Source: a virus
Direction: 5' to 3' (one strand)
DNA: 64,000 nt
IMG/VR virus record: IMGVR_UViG_3300021956_000001
Positions within the stretch are counted from its first letter, which is position 1; each line of letters opens with the position of its first letter. The position numbers and the translations under genes were made by a program. Positions 34,085 to 43,009 of this stretch are shown here, in pieces. The notes below the pieces were generated by a model, which saw only the letters and a list, made by a program, of their open reading frames with translations, made no database searches and had not been told where the DNA came from.

Positions 34085-34092
34085 TATATTTG
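34085..34092 (+). promoter_or_regulatory. Bacteroidota-type -7 box TATATTTG
   Basis: Matches TAnnTTTG, 19 nt upstream of ATG 34111. Confidence 0.4.
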
Positions 34093-34110
34093 TCAAAACA
34101 AACAGAAATT

Positions 34111-34449
34111 ATGAGAACCAACCAAGAATTTAATGAGAAGTACAAAGACTACATAGATGGAGATCATTACGGAATAGATATTAATATTCCTGCAGTTCTT
34201 GTATATGTAGATCAAATATTCCAAGATCTTATAAAGATAGAAGGATTTAAGTACCAGCAGATCAAAACTAAGTTTGGATTAGCCAGAGTGTACACAAATC
34301 TAGATGAACTTCTTCCATTTGTTGGAAGAATTATTAATCAGGAATTAGAAGAGAAGATCAACTTCATATTGAAAGTGGAATACGAAATAGAACGTAGATT
34401 AGCAAGCATTAATTTAGACAAAGATGGAAAGAGTATTCAACCAGTTTAA
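34111..34449 (+). CDS. hypothetical protein (112 aa)
   Basis: Track start 34054 is TTG; first ATG 34111 (MRTNQEF..) lies just downstream of a -7 box. Confidence 0.5.
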   Translation: MRTNQEFNEKYKDYIDGDHYGIDINIPAVLVYVDQIFQDLIKIEGFKYQQIKTKFGLARVYTNLDELLPFVGRIINQELEEKINFILKVEYEIERRLASINLDKDGKSIQPV

Positions 34450-34675
34450 AGGACTCAAGGTAGTTCATAAGAACTATGAAGGAGTGCTATGTGGATATAA
34501 TGATGAACATTTCATTCTCGCTGTAGAAGGTAATAATCCATTATCCTTTAGAAAGCTTCCTAAGACATCTGTCATACCAATGGAAGAATATAAAGATGTC
34601 AAGTATAGATATATCTATGAGAACGAGAGTGAGCTAATTAAGCAAGCTAATGATAACAAAAACAAGGGAACATAA
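34424..34675 (+). CDS. hypothetical protein (83 aa)
   Basis: ATG ORF. Confidence 0.5.
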   Translation: MERVFNQFKGLKVVHKNYEGVLCGYNDEHFILAVEGNNPLSFRKLPKTSVIPMEEYKDVKYRYIYENESELIKQANDNKNKGT

Positions 34676-34682
34676 AATAAGA

Positions 34683-34847
34683 ATGTCTCCAAAGACTAAA
34701 CTATTAATATGTGAGTATAAGGAGAAGTTTCCTAGTCTTTCACCAGAAGAAATATGTATGGCATTCTCAACTGAACTTAAAAGCGTAGAACGTTTGTTCA
34801 AAGAAGAATACATAACAGTTGCTTCTAAAATGAATAGAAAAAGATGA
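34683..34847 (+). CDS. hypothetical protein (54 aa)
   Basis: Start moved to ATG 34683 (MSPKTKLL..) to avoid 26-nt overlap. Confidence 0.4.
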   Translation: MSPKTKLLICEYKEKFPSLSPEEICMAFSTELKSVERLFKEEYITVASKMNRKR

Positions 34848-35026
34848 GTAGTAAAGAGTATATATTAGGTGTAGATTACACAATAGAAGAAGGGCGAGTT
34901 GTTTGGTCAAGTGAATATCTTGCTAAAAAAGGCACTTGTTGTGGGAATGCATGTAACAATTGCCCTTATACAAAACCATTTAAAGGAAACACAAAGCTTA
35001 GAAAAAAGTATAAAAATATTGAATAA
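34844..35026 (+). CDS. small Cys-rich protein (60 aa)
   Basis: ATGA overlap; GTCCGNACNNCPY motif. Confidence 0.5.
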   Translation: MSSKEYILGVDYTIEEGRVVWSSEYLAKKGTCCGNACNNCPYTKPFKGNTKLRKKYKNIE

Positions 35027-35058
35027 TTGTTCATATTTCTGTTTTTAATTGTTGGAAT

Positions 35059-35084
35059 AGCCTCTGAGAAATCAGGGGCTTTTT
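35059..35084 (+). terminator. rho-independent terminator
   Basis: AGCCTCTGA-GAAA-TCAGGGGCT (one G:U) then TTTT. Confidence 0.65.
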
Positions 35085-35119
35085 CGACTAAAACACTAGG
35101 AAAATAGGACAATATTTCG

Positions 35120-35127
35120 TAAATTTG
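35120..35127 (+). promoter_or_regulatory. Bacteroidota-type -7 box TAAATTTG
   Basis: Matches TAnnTTTG, 24 nt upstream of recA ATG, after a terminator. Confidence 0.45.
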
Positions 35128-35150
35128 AAAGACAATTAAAACAATTAAAT

Positions 35151-36233
35151 ATGGCTAAGAAAGCACAAACAGAGAGTGGAAATAAGTTCCAAGATGCATT
35201 AGACAGGTTAAACAAACAATATGGTGTAGGTACCATATTAGGATTAGACAGTAAGACTAATGTTGAGTATGATCTCATCAGTACAGGTAGTGTTGGATTT
35301 GATTATCTAACATTAGGTATTGGTGGATTTGCTAAAGGTAAAATGTATGAACTTATGGGCTGGGAGGGCACAGGTAAATCTACAATATGTGGACATGCTG
35401 TTGCTAACTGTCAGGCTAAAGGAGGAAAAGTTGTTTATATCGATGGTGAGAATGCTGTTGATAGAAACTATTTTAGACAACTAGGAGTGAATACAGAAGA
35501 TATGTTGATTGCTCAACCATCATGTGGTGAGGAAGGTTTCAACATTGCTTTACAAATGATTGAGACAGGAGAAGTTGATCTTGTAATTGTAGATAGTGAC
35601 AGTTCATTAATTCCTAAAGCTGTATTAGATGGTGATGTAGGAGAACATGCTATTGGTAAGAAAGCTAAACTTAATAGTTCTGCTTATCCAAAACTAAAAA
35701 GTGCTATCAATAAGAACAATGTATGTCTTATTGTCATCTCTCAATATAGAGAAAAGATTGGTGTAATGTTTGGTAATCCAACAACAACACAAGGTGGACA
35801 TGCATTGAAGTTTTATTCAGATTGTAGAATAGAAGTTTCTAAATCATTAGCTAAAGATGGAGATGTAACTTATGGTAATATCACTAAAGTGAAAGCTACT
35901 AAGAATAAAATGTCTCCTCCATATAGACTAGCTCAATTTGAGATTGTTTATGGTCAAGGGATTGATATTCTTGATGAGATGATGGAGTTGATTAATGAAT
36001 TTGAGATAGGTCGTAAGTATGGTAAAACAATGACAATTGATGGAACCAAATATGATCTTGAAGAATTCAAACAACTTGTTGTAGATAATCCAGAGTTTTA
36101 TGATGAATTAAAACAAAAGATTATTGCTAAGATTCAACAAAGTGATATTGAAGTGGAAGAACCTGAAGTAGAAGAAGAAGATGATGTAAAATTACCATCT
36201 CCAGATCTATTCGCAACATCAGAAGAACTATGA
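35151..36233 (+). CDS. recA: RecA recombinase
   Basis: Walker A [51 protein letters not shown] is near-identical in pattern to RecA L2 region [27 protein letters not shown]. Confidence 0.9.
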   Translation: [360 protein letters not shown]

Positions 36234-36958
36234 TAATCGGTATAAACGGTAAGATTGGATCTGGTAAAGACACTGTAGGTAGCATTATTCAATACTTAAC
36301 TTCTGAAGATAGTTCAGAGAACTGTATAAAAAGAGTTAGAGGAGGATTACCTATTGATGGATATCATAACAGTGTTTGGGAAATTAAAAAGTTTGCAGGG
36401 AAGCTAAAACAAACAGCTTCCCTTCTTACTGGAATTCCTGTAGAGAAGTTTGAAGATCAAGAGTTCAAGAAGACATATTTAGGTGAAGAGTGGAACTCTC
36501 CTTATAATATACCTTTCTCTGGTCCAGACTTTGTAGAACATGATGGAGGAATGACTGTTAGAACTCTTCTCCAAAGACTTGGTACAGAAGCAATGCGTGA
36601 TGGATTACATGAGAATGTATGGGTTAATGCTTTGTTTGCTGATTACAACCCTCGTTTGCAATTTGAAAAATCATTTCATGGAATGAAAGAAGGTGTGCCA
36701 TTACTACATCCTAAATGGATCATTACAGATATGAGATTTCCTAATGAGATGGATGCTGTTTATAAAAGAGAAGGATGTACTATTAGAGTGGTAAGAGATT
36801 ATGCACTAAGAGGTGGTCCAGAAGATCCAAAAAATCTTCATCCTTCAGAAACAGCTCTTGACAATTCACATTTTGATTATGAAATTATCAATGATGGAAC
36901 AATAGAAGATCTTATAGAAAAGGTAAGAGAAATATTAATTAGAGAAGACTTATTATGA
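36230..36958 (+). CDS. deoxynucleoside monophosphate kinase
   Basis: P-loop GINGKIGSGKDT; ITDMRFPNE motif typical of phage dNMP kinases. Confidence 0.7.
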   Translation: MIIGINGKIGSGKDTVGSIIQYLTSEDSSENCIKRVRGGLPIDGYHNSVWEIKKFAGKLKQTASLLTGIPVEKFEDQEFKKTYLGEEWNSPYNIPFSGPDFVEHDGGMTVRTLLQRLGTEAMRDGLHENVWVNALFADYNPRLQFEKSFHGMKEGVPLLHPKWIITDMRFPNEMDAVYKREGCTIRVVRDYALRGGPEDPKNLHPSETALDNSHFDYEIINDGTIEDLIEKVREILIREDLL

Positions 36959-37338
36959 ATCCAAGATTTGAACCAAAACATATATTAGCAATAGACTTTG
37001 ATCTAACTATATGTATGAGTGATTATCCAGCCCTTGGCCCCATCAGAGATGAGGCTAAGGTGGCTATCACAAAACTATACAATGAAGGATTTGGTATTGT
37101 AATTAATACATGTAGAGAAGGACATGCTTTATCTGATGCTATGCATTGGTTAAAAGAGAATGATATTCCTTATCACTATGTTAATTGTAACTTTCCTCAT
37201 CTAATAGAACATTACAAAGCTGATTGTCGTAAGATATCTGCAGATATGTACATTGATGATAAAGGAGTGGAACCTCTTCCATCATGGGAAACTATTTATA
37301 ACATAATACATAAAAAATTTATAAACAATGAAAAATAG
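36955..37338 (+). CDS. HAD-superfamily phosphatase-like protein
   Basis: N-terminal DxD nucleophile motif LAIDFDLT; C-terminal YIDDK. Confidence 0.45.
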   Translation: MNPRFEPKHILAIDFDLTICMSDYPALGPIRDEAKVAITKLYNEGFGIVINTCREGHALSDAMHWLKENDIPYHYVNCNFPHLIEHYKADCRKISADMYIDDKGVEPLPSWETIYNIIHKKFINNEK

Positions 37339-37984
37339 TGTAGAACTAATTGGTCATTATGGAGATGATAAAATTCATGCAAGTTCTGCATGGACATCTA
37401 CCTCCAGAGAGATTACATTAGAGAAAGAAGCAAGAATTCCTGCTTTATTAAGTATGTTAGCTTCAGAGGGACATCATACACCGTTTGAGAAGAGTTCTTT
37501 ACACTTCTTGGTAACAGTAGACCAGGCAACTCACATTCATCTCTTAAAACATCGTATTGGTGTTTCTATTAATGGAGAGAGTGCTAGGTATAAAGAACTT
37601 AAAGAAGATAAGACATATATTCCTGAAGATTGGTCAATGGGTCATGAATCTTCTGCAGAACATGGAATATTAACTCATTGGGCAGATACATTAGTAACTC
37701 AATCATCTGTGATGAATAAACTATATCATCAATGTCTTGAAGATTTATCTCCTATTCTTGGTCGCAAAAGAGCTAAGGAATCAGCAAGATTCTTTAAATC
37801 AATGAACTCTCAGATCACTATGGATGTAATGTTCAATTGGAGAAGCTTTGCTCACTTCCAAGGATTGAGAAATTCAGAACATGCACAAGTAGAAGTTAGA
37901 GAATTAGCTCAAGAAATGTTAGATCTTGTTAAGAACATACCAGGTAATCCATTTGAACATACATTAAAAGCTTTTAATCTATGA
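37328..37984 (+). CDS. thyX: flavin-dependent thymidylate synthase ThyX
   Basis: ThyX signature KHRIGVSINGESARY (RHRxxSxxxxSxRY-like), HTPFE; ~220 aa. Confidence 0.8.
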   Translation: MKNSVELIGHYGDDKIHASSAWTSTSREITLEKEARIPALLSMLASEGHHTPFEKSSLHFLVTVDQATHIHLLKHRIGVSINGESARYKELKEDKTYIPEDWSMGHESSAEHGILTHWADTLVTQSSVMNKLYHQCLEDLSPILGRKRAKESARFFKSMNSQITMDVMFNWRSFAHFQGLRNSEHAQVEVRELAQEMLDLVKNIPGNPFEHTLKAFNL

Positions 37985-38307
37985 GAGAAACAACTATTGA
38001 TATACCAATATATCAATGTAAATTAACCATAATAGTAGATAAGGATTTGTCTTATGTTGAAGAAAAATATAAGACAAAATCTTTAAAAAATTATGGAGCA
38101 ATTACAATGAGAATTCCAGATACATTTAGTGAATATGTAATAGCTTTTGAATATTCAGAAAGTAGTATAATAGCTCACGAAGTTACTCATCTAAAGAACT
38201 ACATATATGATGACTTGGGTATAGAACTAGATAGATTTAATGATGAACCAGAAGCATATCTTGTTGGTTGGTTAGTTAAACAGATTGATGAATTTTTAAA
38301 CAATTAA
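37981..38307 (+). CDS. small HExxH protein (putative metallopeptidase-like)
   Basis: IIAHEVTHL motif; ATGA overlap with thyX. Confidence 0.4.
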   Translation: MRETTIDIPIYQCKLTIIVDKDLSYVEEKYKTKSLKNYGAITMRIPDTFSEYVIAFEYSESSIIAHEVTHLKNYIYDDLGIELDRFNDEPEAYLVGWLVKQIDEFLNN

Positions 38308-38309
38308 TT

Positions 38310-38615
38310 ATGAAATATCAAGAATTAGAAGCCCTTGTAATAGCTTGGGCAACACAAAAAGGAATCTTAGAAAAAGGAACTCCAAAAGGACAAGCTTTAA
38401 AGACTTGGGAAGAAACAGATGAATTAATCCAAGCAATTAATGATGAGAATCAAGCAGAGATTGTTGATGCATTAGGAGATATTCTAGTAACAATCATCAT
38501 TCAAGCTGAGATGCAAGGATTAAGTCTTACAGAATGTTTAGAGAGTGCATACAATGTAATTGCTAAACGTACAGGTAAAATGGTTGATGGACAATTTGTG
38601 AAAGATGGCAATTAG
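38310..38615 (+). CDS. MazG-like nucleotide pyrophosphohydrolase
   Basis: WEETDEL ... VDALGDILV (ExxE/ExxD metal motifs), ~100-aa all-helical. Confidence 0.65.
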   Translation: MKYQELEALVIAWATQKGILEKGTPKGQALKTWEETDELIQAINDENQAEIVDALGDILVTIIIQAEMQGLSLTECLESAYNVIAKRTGKMVDGQFVKDGN

Positions 38616-38898
38616 TGATTTCCCTCAGAGATGTGGTAAGTGCTTAGGTTATTTAACTATGCCTTACAATTGGAGTAGTACAGCACAACCAATTATGTGT
38701 AGTTGTCCTAAACCAGTTAATGTATTAGGAACACTTGCTTGGGAATGTCCTAGATGTAGAAAGATTAATGCTCCATGGAAAGACTCTTGTGATTGTACAC
38801 CTTCTCCGTTAAGTAGTAATCCTACATGTAATACACAACCGTACACTGCAGGAATTAATCCTTTTAATCATTTTTTTAAGAAAGAAGATGAAGTGTAA
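38605..38898 (+). CDS. Cys-rich zinc-ribbon protein (97 aa)
   Basis: CGKC..CSCP..CPRC..CDC. Confidence 0.5.
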   Translation: MAISDFPQRCGKCLGYLTMPYNWSSTAQPIMCSCPKPVNVLGTLAWECPRCRKINAPWKDSCDCTPSPLSSNPTCNTQPYTAGINPFNHFFKKEDEV

Positions 38899-39286
38899 AA
38901 CATGTGGAAAATCATGTGAAAAAGAATATTGCTTCAAGCACAAACCAAGAACACAACTAAAACAAGGTGAGAGAAAGTCCAGTTTATTATCGAAAAAACT
39001 GGACAAATCTCCTGATAATTCGTTGAAAATGAAGATGTTCTTTATGGATTGCTGGAAGGCAAGACCACATAGGTCAGAAGTGAGTGGTGTGTATTTAGGT
39101 AGTGAACCTATGAGTACATATTTTCATCACATCCTTCCTAAAAGTAAATATCCTGAAGCTTGTTTTGATGAAGAAAATATTATACTTTTGACACTTGATG
39201 AACATACTAATGTTGAAGCTGACATTTATAAGTATGAAGAAGTAAATAAAAGACGTGAACAATTAAAAATTAAATACAACTTATGA
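38888..39286 (+). CDS. HNH-family nuclease-like protein
   Basis: N-terminal CKTCGKSC..C..H; YFHHILPKSKYPE ... LLTLDEHTNVE. Confidence 0.55.
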   Translation: MKCKTCGKSCEKEYCFKHKPRTQLKQGERKSSLLSKKLDKSPDNSLKMKMFFMDCWKARPHRSEVSGVYLGSEPMSTYFHHILPKSKYPEACFDEENIILLTLDEHTNVEADIYKYEEVNKRREQLKIKYNL

Positions 39287-39543
39287 ACATTAAAGTGATG
39301 AAATTTAGCGCTAAGTGGTGTGGACCATGTAGAGTGCTTGCTCAAACTCTAGAAGGAGTTGAGGGTATTGAAAACATTGACATTGATGAGAATATGGAAT
39401 TAGCCAGATCTTACAATGTTAGAAATGTACCATTATTAATCTTCTTTAAGAATGATAAAGAAGTACATAGACAAACTGGAGCCATCTCTAAACAGAAGTA
39501 CGAAGATCTTATCATGGAGATTAATGATTCAAAAGAAATATAA
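39283..39543 (+). CDS. thioredoxin
   Basis: Active site WCGPC; ~86 aa; NVRNVPLLIFF cis-Pro region. Confidence 0.85.
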   Translation: MNIKVMKFSAKWCGPCRVLAQTLEGVEGIENIDIDENMELARSYNVRNVPLLIFFKNDKEVHRQTGAISKQKYEDLIMEINDSKEI

Positions 39544-39557
39544 TTAAAACAACCAAT

Positions 39558-39836
39558 ATGAAAAACCAATTTTTTTACAAAGTGAAGATGAATGATAAGG
39601 AGTATACAGCTTCTTTAAACATCAACAAAGTGATTCGATCATTAGCTAATGACGAAGGAGGACTTATTGTTATTCTAGATGATTTCAATGAACGAGTGTC
39701 TAAACAACCAGACATTGATTTGAAGACTAACAAAATGAAAGGATTCAAAACTGTACGTGAAACTGTACAATCAGAAATTGAATTGACTCCAGAAGACGCA
39801 CAAAGATTTATTAAACTAACTGAATACCAAGGATAA
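39558..39836 (+). CDS. hypothetical protein (92 aa)
   Basis: ATG ORF. Confidence 0.55.
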   Translation: MKNQFFYKVKMNDKEYTASLNINKVIRSLANDEGGLIVILDDFNERVSKQPDIDLKTNKMKGFKTVRETVQSEIELTPEDAQRFIKLTEYQG

Positions 39837-40117
39837 TGAAACTATTAGGAAATCGTATCTATTTAGAGATACCAAAGAAAGAAGAAAGTAAACTTGTTGT
39901 AGATGAGAATACTAAAGAAGCATTAGAGAAAGAGATGCTTAAGAAAATGTCTAAGTTGACAGTACATAGTGTTGGTACATCAATTATGGACATTAAAGTG
40001 GGAGATGTTGTATTGATTGATCCTGCAGCTTTACAAAAAGCACCATTAATTCCATTGTCTGATGATCAGAATGTATTATTGGTATCACCATTTGATGTAA
40101 TCATGATCTGGGAATGA
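39836..40117 (+). CDS. GroES/Cpn10-like co-chaperonin
   Basis: MKLLGNRIYLEI.. (cf. GroES I-x-P-L-x-D-R-V-L-V), VGDVVLID, C-terminal DVIMIWE; 93 aa. Confidence 0.5.
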   Translation: MKLLGNRIYLEIPKKEESKLVVDENTKEALEKEMLKKMSKLTVHSVGTSIMDIKVGDVVLIDPAALQKAPLIPLSDDQNVLLVSPFDVIMIWE

Positions 40118-40776
40118 AAGCATTAATCTTTACATGTTCGTATAACAGACCTCATATGTTGAGACAATGCATGTTAAATGCAAAGAATCAATCGTATGAG
40201 AATTGTATACACACAGTAAACATTGTATCTGATGGAGGGAAGGATCAAAACTTCCTTCCTCTATACGATGATTTGTTAGATGACAAGCTTATTGTTACAA
40301 AAGGAAACAATAATCAAATTCATATTAATGAAGTGATTGCTATTAAAAGTGTTCCTGATTATAATGATTATGATGTATTTGTTAAGATGGATGATGATGA
40401 TATATACAAGAAGGATTATGTAAAGAACATCATTGAGTTGTTCCAAGCTAATTCAGATGTAGACATTGTGTCATCTAGAATTAATCATCAGCTTAACGGA
40501 ATACAAATGTTTTCTAATGATCTTGGATATGATAATCTAGGAGGTAATCCAAATAATAGTCTTTATCATATGCCTATGACATTTGCTTTCAATAAAAAAG
40601 CACTTGACGCTATTATTAACATTCCACTTCATGAAGTTGGATGGAATGATGATATGCTGTGGAGATATAAGTGGGAAGAGAATAATCTAAAACATATGGC
40701 TGTAGATAATCGAGAAGATTGTATATGGCATATACATGGAAAAAACATCTCTACTGGTAATTTCTTAAGACAATAA
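40114..40776 (+). CDS. family 2 (GT-A) glycosyltransferase
   Basis: ALIFTCSYNRPHML N-terminus; acidic VKMDDDDIY (DxD). Confidence 0.65.
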   Translation: MKALIFTCSYNRPHMLRQCMLNAKNQSYENCIHTVNIVSDGGKDQNFLPLYDDLLDDKLIVTKGNNNQIHINEVIAIKSVPDYNDYDVFVKMDDDDIYKKDYVKNIIELFQANSDVDIVSSRINHQLNGIQMFSNDLGYDNLGGNPNNSLYHMPMTFAFNKKALDAIINIPLHEVGWNDDMLWRYKWEENNLKHMAVDNREDCIWHIHGKNISTGNFLRQ

Positions 40777-40780
40777 AAAA

Positions 40781-40800
40781 AGCCTCTTTAATTAGAGGCT
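40781..40800. terminator. bidirectional terminator between convergent transcription units
   Basis: AAAAAAGCCTCT-TTAATT-AGAGGCTTTATTATTT; overlaps the stop of the minus-strand gene. Confidence 0.65.
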
Positions 40801-41417
40801 TTATTATTTATAAAAAGACAATCATATTGATTACCCCATGCATCGTACTTACTTAAGAGTGTGAATCCTTTTGATTCCATAAACTCTACAATATCATCAT
40901 GAATCTTTTGACCTTTCCACATCTCACTCTTTTCAGTTTCAACTTGAATAGCTTTAATGTTCTGAAGCTTATCTTCAAATCCATGTAGCACTTCTTGTGT
41001 AAACCCTTCAACATCTATTTTAATAAGATCTACTCCAGGTAAACCTAAGTAATCTAGAAAGTTTGATATGGTGTTTGTCTCTACAGTTATCTTATTAGAT
41101 GGAACATCATAAGCAACACATTCTAATATAGAAGATATACCTATGTTATTATCATGATCTGTAAGTGGTACAGCATTGAATTCAACTGTTCCTATTTTAT
41201 TAGAAGCAGCAAATCCAAATGTATTGAACTGTGGATACATAGCTTTGATTCTATCACATAGAGCTGGATAAGCTTCTATGATATAACAATCTTCAGGATT
41301 TAGTTTCCAGTAGTCTGCTACATACTTTGTATCATGTCCATCTCTACTACCTATTTCCATAAATGTAATAGGAGTAAAAGAAAGTTCTGTAGTTAGTTGG
41401 TTTAATTCATTTCTCAT
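40788..41417 (-). CDS. FkbM-family SAM-dependent methyltransferase
   Basis: FMEIGSRDGHDT (motif I), IIEAYP, DLIKIDVEGFTQEVL, AIQVETE. Confidence 0.8.
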   Translation of the reverse strand: MRNELNQLTTELSFTPITFMEIGSRDGHDTKYVADYWKLNPEDCYIIEAYPALCDRIKAMYPQFNTFGFAASNKIGTVEFNAVPLTDHDNNIGISSILECVAYDVPSNKITVETNTISNFLDYLGLPGVDLIKIDVEGFTQEVLHGFEDKLQNIKAIQVETEKSEMWKGQKIHDDIVEFMESKGFTLLSKYDAWGNQYDCLFINNKASN

Positions 41418-41554
41418 TTTGATAATCTCTTAGATTTCATTGGAGTCATAGGACTTTTTAATCTACTTGGTGTATCAGCTTCCTTCATGAAGTTTGGCTT
41501 CTTAGGATTGGGAGCTTTCACTTTTGGTGCATTTCTAGGTTTTCCTGATTTCAT
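41414..41554 (-). CDS. 46-aa basic protein (below cutoff)
   Basis: Hand translation MKSGKPRNAPKVKAPNPKKPNFMKEADTPSRLKSPMTPMKSKRLSK; ATGA-coupled to the methyltransferase. Confidence 0.4.
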   Translation of the reverse strand: MKSGKPRNAPKVKAPNPKKPNFMKEADTPSRLKSPMTPMKSKRLSK

Positions 41555-41634
41555 TATTTATTACTTTCAATTAAACATTTAGGACACAATCCTTCAGCAC
41601 TCTTTTCAATAAGATGTGTAGGACAAGTGTTCAT
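41554..41634 (-). CDS. 26-aa Cys/His micro-protein
   Basis: Hand translation MNTCPTHLIEKSAEGLCPKCLIESNK; TAATG coupling on both sides. Confidence 0.3.
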   Translation of the reverse strand: MNTCPTHLIEKSAEGLCPKCLIESNK

Positions 41635-41960
41635 TATTTATTATTTTTAGCTTTACGCTCAGCACCCATTTTCTTAAATGTCTTAGCTAATGCTTTACGT
41701 TTAGGTGTACATGTAGCTTTTGTCATTGGTGTGCAATATCCTTTATGTTTTGGATTAACAGCTTTCTGGATCCAATTACCATCTTTAGCTTTGACAGTAG
41801 CTCCTTTTTTAGCAATTACACCACGTCCTTTAAGAACATCAGCTTTAGTAATTTTTCCATCTTTATTAAGATCAGGAAATGAACCACCAGCTTTAGCTTT
41901 TTTAGGTAAAGATCCTCTCATTCTTGGAGCATCTTGGATAAGTTTTTTAATAGTAGCCAT
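41634..41960 (-). CDS. Lys-rich basic protein, MATIKK family member 1 (108 aa)
   Basis: Starts MATIKK; about 25 Lys in 108 aa by my count; ..TPKRKALAKTFKK shared with member 3. Confidence 0.65.
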   Translation of the reverse strand: MATIKKLIQDAPRMRGSLPKKAKAGGSFPDLNKDGKITKADVLKGRGVIAKKGATVKAKDGNWIQKAVNPKHKGYCTPMTKATCTPKRKALAKTFKKMGAERKAKNNK

Positions 41961-41966
41961 GATATA

Positions 41967-42365
41967 TTATTTTTTAGACATTTTACCACCACACTTCATA
42001 CAACCACCAGTTTTCATTTTAGTTGCACCAAGTTCTTTATCTTTCGTCAAAGAAGCTTTTCCTTTAGCACCACCTAATGTTCTCTTTTGAACTTTTGTGT
42101 ATGCACCTTTAGGATCTACAGGACCAACTCTTTTAGCTTGACCTTTAGTCCCAGCGGAAACAGAACCACCATTTTTCTTTTTAGGATAGTTTTTATTAGT
42201 CTTAGGATCTAACATTTTTTTATACTTAGGAATATCATTTAAGTATTGAAAATCTTGAGGATGTTTTGCAACATCTTTATCAGAGATTTTAACACCACTC
42301 ATTTCCCCAGGTTTAGAAGTTCCATTTTGGGCTTTTTTAATGCCAGTTTTTTTAATAGTTGCCAT
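41967..42365 (-). CDS. Lys-rich basic protein, MATIKK family member 2 (132 aa)
   Basis: Starts MATIKK; K/G-rich; C-terminal GGCMKCGGK. Confidence 0.65.
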   Translation of the reverse strand: MATIKKTGIKKAQNGTSKPGEMSGVKISDKDVAKHPQDFQYLNDIPKYKKMLDPKTNKNYPKKKNGGSVSAGTKGQAKRVGPVDPKGAYTKVQKRTLGGAKGKASLTKDKELGATKMKTGGCMKCGGKMSKK

Positions 42366-42396
42366 TGTATTGTTTTATAGATTAATTGTTAATTAT

Positions 42397-42819
42397 TTAG
42401 CAGTTCCATTTACGAAGAGCAAGTGCTTTTCTTGTAGGTTTGCCATCTTTTTTCATAGGACCTTTAACACCAGACATACGAGCACAAAAACTTTTTCTTC
42501 TATTGGCAGATTTACTTCCAGGTTTAAGCTTAGAAGGAGGTGTTGTAACAGCCATTTTTAATTTACTGCCAGGATTAGCACGTCTATAACTTGCTACTCC
42601 CTTTCTATTAAGTCCTCCTTTAGGATCTTTACCTTCAGATCTGGTCCAAGCTGGTGTACTAGCACCATTCTTTGCTTGTTTTATCTTCTTTTCTTGTTGA
42701 AGCATTTCCTTAGTAGGTTGTTTGCCAGATCCTTTATTAGCACGGATGTTATCCCACAAACCACGTTGTGAAGAACTTCCATCAGCTCTTTTAATTAAAG
42801 GTTTTTTAATTGTTGCCAT
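42397..42819 (-). CDS. Lys/Arg-rich basic protein, MATIKK family member 3 (140 aa)
   Basis: Starts MATIKK; RGLWDNIRANKGSGK; ..KPTRKALALRKWNC. Confidence 0.65.
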   Translation of the reverse strand: MATIKKPLIKRADGSSSQRGLWDNIRANKGSGKQPTKEMLQQEKKIKQAKNGASTPAWTRSEGKDPKGGLNRKGVASYRRANPGSKLKMAVTTPPSKLKPGSKSANRRKSFCARMSGVKGPMKKDGKPTRKALALRKWNC

Positions 42820-43009
42820 AACGTCTAAATGTTATATTAGGTTTAACAATAATGTCTTTATGAGTGTATTGCCACAACTCACCAGTCTCATTAATAATAA
42901 TAGTGTAAATGGTATCTGTCTCATGACCATAATCAGTAATGATCCATATCACCCCACTCCCCTTTGGTGTAATAACATCTAATCTATTCTTTGGTTCATA
43001 TATTCTCAT
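42806..43009 (-). CDS. hypothetical protein (67 aa)
   Basis: ATG ORF, 14-nt overlap with downstream gene. Confidence 0.5.
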   Translation of the reverse strand: MRIYEPKNRLDVITPKGSGVIWIITDYGHETDTIYTIIINETGELWQYTHKDIIVKPNITFRRYGNN

